A DNA stretch of 32,000 nucleotides from Dickeya dadantii NCPPB 898 (GTDB taxonomy: Bacteria; Pseudomonadota; Gammaproteobacteria; Enterobacterales; Enterobacteriaceae). Made by a program: the position numbers and the translations under genes. The stretch lies in contig NZ_CM001976.1 in NCBI RefSeq assembly GCF_000406145.1, forward strand, positions 4,207,472 to 4,239,471. The letters are read 5' to 3'. The notes beneath the pieces are model-generated. The model was not told the DNA's origin. It did no database searches and worked only from the letters and a program-made list of their open reading frames with translations. Shown piece by piece: positions 1 to 8,610 of this stretch (positions are counted from its first letter, which is position 1; the number at the start of each line of letters is the position of its first letter).

Positions 1-101
1 CATTGCTGCCATTTCTGGCGCAGTTGTCGCCCTGTTTAATTGGTATGGAAGCCTGTGCATCAGCTCATCACTTCGCTCGTCGTTTGATGCAGTACGGCGC
101 T
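1..101 (+). pseudogene. IS110-family (IS1111-group-like) transposase, N-terminal-domain fragment
   Basis: The frame +3 translation LLPFLAQLSPCLIGMEACASAHHFARRLMQYG resembles, from memory, the conserved ..IAMEACGGSHF.ARKL..LGH block of IS110/IS1111 DEDD transposases. The similarity ends around 99-115, where nifQ-derived sequence begins on the other strand. It enters from the 5' window edge and the remainder of the transposase is absent. Confidence 0.5.
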
Positions 102-106
102 GACGG

Positions 107-538
107 TCAGGTTGATTTTTTCCAGCTCATGTTGTGCCGTGTGTTCAGCGGGATCAGCTCCGGGACGCGATCGCTTATGCAGAGGCGCATTTGTGCAGCG
201 GTAGTCCGACCCCAGATGCTGTTTTTGTTGCTGTGAAACGTAGCGAGGCAGCTGGCGATATTAGCTGATGCATACTGCGCGGCGTCCTGCTGATTCTGGT
301 AAGGGTTCAGCCAGCACGGCCAGCTTGCGGCCGCTCTTCTGGCCGAGTTCTGTTGTGGTTCATTGATCAGCGACTGGCGCTGATCCCGCGCGGCGTTCGC
401 TCCCGGCGCGGGCTGGTTCAGCCGCTGCCGCAGCGCCAGCCAGGCCGCCTCATCCAGCCCCATTAGCCGGGGGAAACAGGCTGCGCCGGCGTCATGTAGC
501 GTCAGCAGTCGCCGCAGCCAGAACTCCGCCCCGTCCAT
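107..538 (-). pseudogene. nifQ: nifQ, 3'-truncated (molybdenum-processing protein for FeMo-co synthesis)
   Basis: The ATG at 538-536 overlaps the nifB stop (TGATG). MDGAEFWLRRLL..CFPRLMGL.. and ..RHNMSWKK align with Klebsiella NifQ (..HNMRWKKFFYRQ..). The ORF stops two codons after WKK, so the C-terminal Cys-rich region is missing. Confidence 0.7.
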
Positions 539-1935
539 CACGCCGCACCCTGCGCACGTTCCCCGGCGGGGCGTGCCTGCTGACGTTGCCGCCACCAGCG
601 GCCCAGCACCTCGGCGACATTCTGCCAGGCCCCTTCCACGTTGGGCTGGATCCCCTGCTGCTCCAGCTTCTGCCACGGCGCATAGCCGATGCGGGCGCAA
701 AACACCGCCTCTACGTCCGCCAGCAACGCCAGCATCGCCGCCATGCGATCTTCGCTGTCGGCGGGTTCGCAGTCATCGCTGCCACGGCAATATTTAGGCG
801 CGAAACGTTCGTTGACCAGCACCACGCCCGCGGCCGACAGGCTGTAGATTTGAAAGCGTTCGGCATGGCCGAAATGGCAGTCGATCACCTCGCCGCCGGA
901 CGACGCCACCGCCACCAGACAGGCATCCGGCTCTTCGGATTCGCCCCGCGAGGCGATGCTGGCGTGTACCTGCGCGCGCTGGTGCAACAGCGGCAGATAA
1001 GGTTGCGGCTCAGCGGGCAACGATGACAGCCGGAACTGCTGGCTACGGTCTTCCCCCAGCATGCCGATGGCGTCCGCCCGGCACTGCTGACAATGCGCCA
1101 TCTGCGGCATCGCCGCGCCGCACTGCGTCCGCACCGCCGCCAGCGCGTCGGCGTCCGGTTCCGGCTGGCCGTTGAGGCCGAACACCGTGCCGTGTTCCGG
1201 TCGGGCGATCAGCGGCATGATGTTGTGCAAAAATGCCCCCCAGCGCCGCGCCTGCTGGCTGACCTCGAACAAATGCCGATCGTTGATGCCGGGGATCAGT
1301 ACCGAGTTGATCTTCACCAGCACGCCGTTTTCCGTCAGTCGCCGGATCCCCTCCTGCTGGCGCTCCAGCAGGATCATGCCCGCCTCACGCCCGGTATAGC
1401 GATCGCCATCCAGCCACAGCCAGGCATAGATCTGCGCCGCAATATCCGCATCGAGCGCGTTGACCGTCACCGTGACGTGATCGACGCCGACATCCAGCAG
1501 CCGATCCACCGCCTCCGGCAGCATCAGACCGTTGGTGGACAGGCATAGCTTGAGGTCCGGCAACTGCTCGCGCAGCAGCGTCAGGGTGCGGAAGGTGCGG
1601 GCGATATTCGCCAGCGGGTCGCCCGGCCCGGCGATGCCGACCACCGACAGCTGCGGGATGGCCGCCGCCACCTGATGCGCTTTCGCCACCGCCTGCTCCG
1701 GCGTCAGCAGTTCGGACACCACGCCGGGCCGGGATTCGTTACTGCAATCGTATTTGCGATTGCAGTAGTGGCATTGCAGGTTACAGGCGGGCGCTACCGC
1801 CAGATGCATACGGGCGTAGTGATGGTGCCCGCTCACCGAGTAGCAGGGGTGATGCGCCACCTTGCTGGCTTGCAGCGGAGTAAAACGGTCGGTCTGGTCG
1901 GAACGGCAGCCGGATGCGGAAGGGCAGGATGTCAT
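538..1935 (-). CDS. nifB: NifB, radical-SAM FeMo-cofactor biosynthesis protein
   Basis: MTSC..HHPCYS..APACNLQCHYCNRKYDCSNESRPGV.. is collinear with K. pneumoniae NifB, including the CxxxCxxC radical-SAM motif and the C-terminal NifX-like domain. Confidence 0.97.
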   Translation of the reverse strand: MTSCPSASGCRSDQTDRFTPLQASKVAHHPCYSVSGHHHYARMHLAVAPACNLQCHYCNRKYDCSNESRPGVVSELLTPEQAVAKAHQVAAAIPQLSVVGIAGPGDPLANIARTFRTLTLLREQLPDLKLCLSTNGLMLPEAVDRLLDVGVDHVTVTVNALDADIAAQIYAWLWLDGDRYTGREAGMILLERQQEGIRRLTENGVLVKINSVLIPGINDRHLFEVSQQARRWGAFLHNIMPLIARPEHGTVFGLNGQPEPDADALAAVRTQCGAAMPQMAHCQQCRADAIGMLGEDRSQQFRLSSLPAEPQPYLPLLHQRAQVHASIASRGESEEPDACLVAVASSGGEVIDCHFGHAERFQIYSLSAAGVVLVNERFAPKYCRGSDDCEPADSEDRMAAMLALLADVEAVFCARIGYAPWQKLEQQGIQPNVEGAWQNVAEVLGRWWRQRQQARPAGERAQGAA

Positions 1936-1975
1936 GGTTATGGCCTATGCGAAGAAAGAAATCATACCCGGAAGG

Positions 1976-1992
1976 TGCAAGAGCCATACCGC
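1976..1992 (-). promoter_or_regulatory. Sigma54 -24/-12 promoter of nifBQ
   Basis: The minus strand reads GCGGTATGGCTCTTGCA, with GG-N10-GC spacing and a TTGCA -12 element. It lies about 40 nt upstream of the nifB ATG. Confidence 0.6.
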
Positions 1993-2081
1993 ATGACATA
2001 AAAATTTATTGATTTAAAAACAATATGATGCGAATAAAACCGTCAGGCGGGTTTGTCGGGATTGTGGCATTCGGCCGACAA

Positions 2082-2097
2082 TGTGCCACATATCACA
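2082..2097. promoter_or_regulatory. NifA upstream activator sequence (TGT-N10-ACA) for nifB
   Basis: Exact TGTGCCACATATCACA, about 100 bp upstream of the nifB -24/-12 element. Confidence 0.65.
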
Positions 2098-2186
2098 ATC
2101 GGCCACACATTCATCCGCCCCACCACAATCTGCCACACTACAATCTGCCACACTACAATCGGCCACACACTCATCTGCCACACGCC
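2094..2186. repeat. Tandem array of 15-bp CAATC(T/G)GCCACAC-type units between the nifA stop and the nifB UAS
   Basis: caatcggccacacat (2096), caatctgccacacta (2126), caatctgccacacta (2141) and caatcggccacacac (2156). A 30-bp super-unit acaatcggccacaca(t/c)tcatc(c/t)gcc.cac is repeated at 2095 and 2155. The GCCACA core occurs six times, including once inside the UAS. Confidence 0.8.
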
Positions 2187-2203
2187 TTAATCCCGACGGC
2201 CGC

Positions 2204-3771
<1,568 letters not shown>

Positions 3772-3775
<4 letters not shown>

Positions 3776-5301
3776 TTTGAGCCTCCTGTTAGTGAAGGGG
3801 AGTGTCCTGTTAGTGACGCGGAAAGTCCTGTGGGTGAGGCTGATAGCGGGAAGCGCAGGGTCAGACAGGTGCCGCCGCCCGGACGGGAGGTCAAGTCTAT
3901 CGCCCCCTGATGATGGGCTACCAGCGTTTGAATCAGGCGCAGTTCCATGCCTTTGCCCGGCGAGGTGAGCGCGGTCTGGGTGCTGACGTAGCGCACCTGT
4001 TCCAGCGGCACGTTGTCTTCCAGATACAACGCCAGCCAGTCGCCGTCCTGCCGGGCGAACAGATGCACTGAAAGTGCGAAGGGTCGAATTTCTCCCGCCA
4101 GCGCCAGCGTACGATCCAGCCACAGGCTGAGGCAGGCCAGAATCTGGGTGCGCTGGCCGAATCCGACCAGTTGCGGCGTTTCCAGCTCGTAGCGCAACTG
4201 GTCGCCGTCGGTAAAGCGGGTGTGATACAGCGCGGCCAGATCCTCGGCCAGCGTGCCGAGCGGCCAGTCCGCCACGGGTTCGAAATCCAGCGACGGGCGG
4301 CAGGACTGTAGCCGCGCCACCGCTTCTTCGCCTTCGCGCCAGGCGGACTCCAGCGCCACGTTGCTGCGGTCTTCGCCGTTGAGCCGGCGGGCGGCCGCCA
4401 GCATGTTGAGCGGACAGTTGAGCTGAATCAGCGCCGCATCCAACGACTCGCGGATCGCCGCCAGCAGCTTGCCGTTGGTCATCTGCTGTTTGAGGCGGTC
4501 GATCCGCCCCTGCTGGTGTTGCTGCTGCTGTTCGGTGCAGTCGCTGATGACGAGCAGCGTGCGCGGCAGCGCGGTATCGGTGAAATAGCGGCTGGCTTCT
4601 TCATTGACGCCGGGCAGCGCCCAGCAGCCGAGCGTCAGCCAGCGCACCGCGCCGCGGACGGTGACCGGCAGCGCCGCGCCTTGCTGCAGCGCCGCTTTAT
4701 TGGCCGGATAATCCAGCACCGCCAGCAGCTCGCGGCCACCGCAGTCGGCGCACAGTGTCTTGTAAGCCAGATTATCCATGATCACCCGGTCCTGCTCGTC
4801 CACCACCACCACCGCCGCCGGAATGTTATTCAGCACCGCGGTGATCAGCGTCATGTGGTTGCGCAGCCGCTGCTCCAGCGCATAGCCGGCGCTGATGTCC
4901 TTGTGCATACCGAGGTAGTGCTCCACCTCGCCGCGGGAATTGAAAATCGGCGTGATGTCGATTTCGGCCAGATACAGGCTGCCGTCGCGGCGGCGGTTAA
5001 TCAGTTGACCGCGCCAGGCATTCCCCTGCAACAGCGTCTGCCATAGCGCCTGATACACCTCGGCCGGGGTTTGCTGGCTGGCGAGAATGCGATGATTCTG
5101 CCCGAGCAACTGCGGCAGGTTATAGCCGGTCAGGCGGCAAAACGCCGGGTTGGTGTACACGATATGGGCGTGCGGGTCGGTCAGGGAGATCGCCACCGAC
5201 GACTGCTCCACCACGGTGGAAAACAGCGACGGGTGCTGTCGGGACAGATGGCTGGCGATTTCGCCCAGCGGAAAAGATTCCGCCATCACATGCATGGACA
5301 T
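3772..5301 (-). CDS. nifL: NifL, PAS/flavin redox- and nitrogen-responsive anti-activator of NifA
   Basis: ..VEQSSVAISLTDPHAHIVYTNPAFCRLTGY..WRGQLINRRRDGSLYLAEIDITP.. is collinear with K. pneumoniae NifL. It is translationally coupled to nifA. Confidence 0.95.
3781..3843 (-). repeat. 3 x 21-bp in-frame tandem repeat at the nifL 3' end (heptapeptide S-[AP]-S-[PL]-T-G-x)
   Basis: Coding-strand units are tcagcctcacccacaggactt, tccgcgtcactaacaggacac and tcccct tcactaacaggaggc. They encode SASPTGL, SASLTGH and SPSLTGG. The last unit contains the nifA Shine-Dalgarno sequence AGGAGG. Confidence 0.75.
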
Positions 5302-5403
5302 AGGGTGACTCCCTTACGGTTTGGCGGCGGGGATGTCGGCTTTTCGACAATTTGTCGCAGGCTGCGACACCCCGTCCGGCTGGCGAATTACGGGGAATAA
5401 CCA

Positions 5404-5419
5404 TGCAAACACTGCACCT
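5404..5419 (-). promoter_or_regulatory. Sigma54 -24/-12 promoter of nifLA
   Basis: The minus strand reads AGGTGCAGTGTTTGCA (GG-N10-GC). This is similar to the Klebsiella nifLA promoter GGCGCACGGTTTGCA as I recall it. It lies about 100 nt upstream of the nifL ATG. Confidence 0.6.
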
Positions 5420-5537
5420 TTTATTGATTAAGAAGACTAAACATTGATCCGGATCCCTGTTTTGCCGCCAAAAACCGTCAAACCCCGCAACCATGCGCGT
5501 TTATCAGGGGAAAAAGCCGCCTCGCCAGTACAAAAAA

Positions 5538-5554
5538 AGCACAACAAAAGTGCA
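5538..5554. promoter_or_regulatory. NtrC-type enhancer site (GCAC-N7-GTGC dyad) upstream of the nifLA promoter
   Basis: aGCACaacaaaaGTGCa fits the TGCACC-N5-GGTGCA dyad class. It lies about 130 bp upstream of the nifLA -24 element. Confidence 0.45.
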
Positions 5555-5605
5555 GCCGTGCGCCATCAATGTGCAGAAAAATCCATGTGGCGCACCGGCC
5601 AAAAC

Positions 5606-5621
5606 TGGCACGGGATTCGCA
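5606..5621 (+). promoter_or_regulatory. Sigma54 -24/-12 promoter of nifF
   Basis: TGGCACGGGATTCGCA is a near-consensus TGGCAC-N5-TTGCA. It lies about 120 nt upstream of the nifF ATG. Confidence 0.7.
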
Positions 5622-5741
5622 CTAACAGAATTCGTAACAGGATTCACAACATGAACGAACGGCCTGATGCCTCCTTCCAGGAGCGCCGTTTTCTTCATTA
5701 CCGGTTTTTCTCTTCATCATCACGCTGTCAGGAGCATAACT

Positions 5742-6272
5742 ATGGCGAACATTGGCATTTTCTTTGGCACCGATACCGGCAAAACCCGCAAAATCGCCAA
5801 ACTGATTCATCAGAAGCTGGGCGAGGCGGCGGACGCGCCGGTCAACATCAACCGTACCTCGCTGGAGACGTTTCTGTCCTATCCGGTGCTGCTGCTGGGC
5901 ACCCCGACGCTGGGCGACGGCCAGTTGCCCGGCATCGAAGCCGGTTGCGAAGCGCCGTCCTGGCTGGAATTCGCCGATGAACTGGCGGGTGCCGACCTGA
6001 AAGGGAAAATCGTCGCGCTGTTCGGGCTGGGGGATCAGCAGGGCTACCCGGACAATTTCGCCAGCGGCCTGAAACCGCTCTACGACGTCATGACCGATCT
6101 GGGCGCGCGCGTGGTGGGCGACTGGCCGAGCGACGGCTACGAATTCAACGCCTCCGCCGCGTTGCAGGAAGACCGGTTTGTCGGTCTGGTGCTGGATCAG
6201 GACAACCAGCACGACCTGACGGAACAGCGCCTCGACAACTGGCTGGCGCAAATCAAGTCCACCATCCTGTAA
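5742..6272 (+). CDS. nifF: NifF, flavodoxin electron donor to nitrogenase
   Basis: MANIGIFFGTDTGKTRKIAK..LLLGTPTLGDGQLPG.. is nearly identical in pattern to K. pneumoniae NifF. The ORF-track start at 5667 was rejected. Confidence 0.95.
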   Translation: MANIGIFFGTDTGKTRKIAKLIHQKLGEAADAPVNINRTSLETFLSYPVLLLGTPTLGDGQLPGIEAGCEAPSWLEFADELAGADLKGKIVALFGLGDQQGYPDNFASGLKPLYDVMTDLGARVVGDWPSDGYEFNASAALQEDRFVGLVLDQDNQHDLTEQRLDNWLAQIKSTIL

Positions 6273-6322
6273 TGCCGCGCGGCAGCCTGTGCCGTGTGTC
6301 CTTTCATCCCACGTCATCCCTT

Positions 6323-6356
6323 CCCGGCCTGTTGCTCCGTCAGGGCAACGGCCGGG
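6323..6356 (+). terminator. GC-rich hairpin downstream of nifF (possible weak terminator or REP-like element)
   Basis: cccggcc-t-gttgc / gcaac-ggccggg forms a 12-bp stem with one bulge and a 9-nt loop. No U-tract follows. Confidence 0.3.
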
Positions 6357-6559
6357 TCGCCCGCGCCCGCCAACGGCGTTTCCCATCGTCGTGCGTCAAA
6401 AACCTAATTACTTGATATTAAAAGACCAGCCAGATCGCCACCTCGATTGAACGTGATAAAAATCACACTTAACCGCCACATTCATCATCCTGTTCCGAAA
6501 CGAGGAAGATTAACGCGCCGTTTTGCGATTAACTTAAGGCAACACACGAGGAACACGAC

Positions 6560-7924
6560 ATGAACGACACGGTGCTGACAATATGGCAACAGGCGAGGAT
6601 CAGCCGCGATCCGCGTTTTGACGGCACCTTTTTCGTCGCCGTCAAATCCACCGGTATTTTCTGCCGCCCCATCTGCCCGGCGTCGTTGCCGCTGGAGAAG
6701 AACGTCGTTTACTACCGCACCCGCACCGAGGCGATTCAGGCCGGTTTTCGCCCCTGCCTGCGCTGCAAGCCGGAATACGCGCCGCGCTTTGCCGAACTGG
6801 ACCGCAAACAGCTACTGCCGGTGCGCATCGCCGCCGCCATCGACAGCGGTGAACACCTGCTGTCGAAGGTGGAGCAGATTGCCGATGCCCACTTTCTCTC
6901 CAGCCGCTACCTGAACCGGTTGTTCCGCGAGCATTACGGCTGTTCGGTGAAGGAATACCAAAACATCGCGAAGATTTTTTTCGCCAAAAAGCTGTTCCAA
7001 AGCTCCAGCCTCAGCATCACCGATATCGCCGCATCGTGCGGATTCAGCGGCCTGAGCGGGTTTTATCAGCTTATCGACAAATACCTGAAAACCACGCCCA
7101 AACGGATGATGCTGTCGCCATCGGACAGCCGGAATAAGACCGAACACATCAGGCTGCGCCTGCCGGTCGGCGGGCGCTACCACTGGGATTATTTTCTGGC
7201 GTTCCAGTCGCGGCGGTTGATCGACGGCGTGGAATGGATCGAGGGCGCCACTTACGGCCGCCGCTTTAGCCTTAACGGCGAGAGGGGGTCGTTTCAGATA
7301 CGTCCGGCGACGGGCGGGTTTGATGTGACGATCGCGCTAAGCCGCCTGACGCTGTTGTCGCAGGTGCTGGAGCGGATCCGCAACCTGTTCGATCTCAACG
7401 TCAATATCGAGGCGGTCGAGGATCAGTTGCGTCGAGCCTATCCGACATTGCCGATCGTCCCCGGCATCCGCATTCCCGGCGTGTTCTCACCGTTTGAAGC
7501 CGCTCTCCGCGCCGTTTGCGGTCAGCAGGTGAGCGTATCCGCCGCCACCACGCTGCTGAACCAGCTGGTGTCGCTCTGCGCGATTGAGGAAGACGGCCAG
7601 CGTTATTTCCCAACGCCGGATCGCATTACGCCAGAGGTTGTCGGCCAACTGCGCACCATGCAGTCGAAAAAAGCCACGCTGGTGAATATCGCCGACTGGT
7701 TCTGCCACCACGACCTCAGCGAGATCGACAGGCTCACCGAGGTCAAAGGCGTCGGTCGCTGGACGCTCGATTATTTGAAACTGCGTTCGCTCAACGATCC
7801 CGATATCTGGCTTGGCGGCGATCTCGGCATCCGCAACGCTTTGCGCCAGTTGGGTGACATCGACCCGCAGCGGGCGGCGCCGTGGAAAAGCTACCTCACG
7901 CTGCATCTGTGGAACACGCTGTAA
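6560..7924 (+). CDS. Ada-AlkA fusion: Ada Zn-finger methylphosphotriester acceptor + AraC HTH + AlkA-type DNA-3-methyladenine glycosylase
   Basis: The N-terminus FVAVKSTGIFCRPICPA..GFRPCLRCKP carries the Ada Cys4 pattern. It is followed by an AraC-type HTH, then an AlkA_N / HhH-GPD region (..VKGVGRWTLDYLKLRSL..GGDLGIRNAL). The SD is gaggaa. Confidence 0.85.
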   Translation: MNDTVLTIWQQARISRDPRFDGTFFVAVKSTGIFCRPICPASLPLEKNVVYYRTRTEAIQAGFRPCLRCKPEYAPRFAELDRKQLLPVRIAAAIDSGEHLLSKVEQIADAHFLSSRYLNRLFREHYGCSVKEYQNIAKIFFAKKLFQSSSLSITDIAASCGFSGLSGFYQLIDKYLKTTPKRMMLSPSDSRNKTEHIRLRLPVGGRYHWDYFLAFQSRRLIDGVEWIEGATYGRRFSLNGERGSFQIRPATGGFDVTIALSRLTLLSQVLERIRNLFDLNVNIEAVEDQLRRAYPTLPIVPGIRIPGVFSPFEAALRAVCGQQVSVSAATTLLNQLVSLCAIEEDGQRYFPTPDRITPEVVGQLRTMQSKKATLVNIADWFCHHDLSEIDRLTEVKGVGRWTLDYLKLRSLNDPDIWLGGDLGIRNALRQLGDIDPQRAAPWKSYLTLHLWNTL

Positions 7925-7937
7925 ACATGCGCTATCC

Positions 7938-8067
7938 GTGGAAAAAGCATGCTGTGGAAAAAAACATGCAGTGGAAAAAGCATTCGGTGGAAAAACATGT
8001 TGAGGAAGAACATTCAGTGAAAAAACAGACCGTGGAAACACGTTTTGTGGAGGAACACCCTGTGAAG
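7938..8067 (+). repeat. About 8.5 degenerate tandem units of 15-17 bp (GTGGAAAAAnCATnn) between the Ada-AlkA stop and the conserved Ogt start
   Basis: Units start at 7938, 7954, 7971, 7987, 8002, 8017, 8032, 8047 and 8062. Unit lengths are 16, 17, 16, 15, 15, 15, 15 and 15. All units are purine-rich and stop-free in several frames. Confidence 0.85.
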
Positions 8068-8610
8068 ATGGCGACGCAACAACTGGACTGCCCGAACGGT
8101 TTCCCCTGGCGCTACGCCGACGTCACCGCCGCTGACGGCTGCGTGACCAGCGTGCTGTTCAGCAACGAGAAAAAAACCGCCCGGCCGGATACCGTCACAC
8201 AAACCTGCTGCCGGCAGTTGCAGGAATATTTCGCCGGCCAGCGCACCACCTTCGACCTGCCGCTGCATCAGGACGCCACGCCGTTCCGCCGGCAGGTCTA
8301 CGCCCGGCTGCTGGATATCGGCTACGGCGTGACCCGTAGTTACCAGCACGTCGCCATCGCCGTCGGCAACCCCAAAGGGTCGCGGGCGGTAGGCATGGCG
8401 TCGTCCAAAAACCAGATTTCCATCATCGTGCCCTGCCACCGGGTGATCGCGACCTCCGGCGCGCTGACCGGTTACGCCGGCGGGCTGGCGACCAAACAGT
8501 GGCTACTGGCGCACGAACGGCGTCATGCCGTTAAGACGGCAGCAGCGTCTGCAACCACTGTCGCTGCTGCTGATGCTGACGCTGTAAGCGCAGGTAATCG
8601 CCCGCTTTAA
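8068..8610 (+). CDS. ogt: Methylated-DNA--protein-cysteine S-methyltransferase (Ogt/AdaB type)
   Basis: It carries the active-site motif IIVPCHRVI and ..YAGGLATKQWLLAHE. The start is placed at ATG 8068 (MATQQLD..) after the GGAGGA. An alternative ATG at 7927 would translate the repeat array. The last roughly 28 aa run antisense into nifM. Confidence 0.85.
   Translation: MATQQLDCPNGFPWRYADVTAADGCVTSVLFSNEKKTARPDTVTQTCCRQLQEYFAGQRTTFDLPLHQDATPFRRQVYARLLDIGYGVTRSYQHVAIAVGNPKGSRAVGMASSKNQISIIVPCHRVIATSGALTGYAGGLATKQWLLAHERRHAVKTAAASATTVAAADADAVSAGNRPL

Noticed and set aside
3776-4123. Upstream extensions of ORF-track calls beyond the homologous start. These are nifA to 4123, nifM to 9655, nifS to 12578, nifQ to 700, nifE to 19486, nifK to 26405, nifH to 28925, nifX to 16718, nifT to 24750, nifW to 10078, nifZ to 9873, nifF from 5667 and nifJ from 29114.
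   Set aside because: The extensions overlap the preceding gene or promoter. They have no counterpart in the Klebsiella proteins as I recall them. The internal starts have SD sequences or ATGA/TGATG coupling overlaps.
5440-5605. A NifA UAS for nifF.
   Set aside because: I scanned for TGT-N10-ACA upstream of the nifF -24/-12 element and found only non-matching TGT starts (5458, 5570, 5586). No exact site can be supported.
6500-6559. An Ada box upstream of the Ada-AlkA gene (TAACTTAAGGCAA resembles AAT-N6-GCAA).
   Set aside because: It is an imperfect match and lies only about 20-30 nt from the start codon. That is too close to serve as a promoter-proximal activator site. This cannot be supported from sequence alone.
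7938-8067. Possible CRISPR arrays at the tandem-repeat loci (also 2094-2186, 26446-26501, 29088-29123).
   Set aside because: The units are 13-17 bp and directly abutting, with no unique spacers. No cas genes are present. They are simple tandem repeats.
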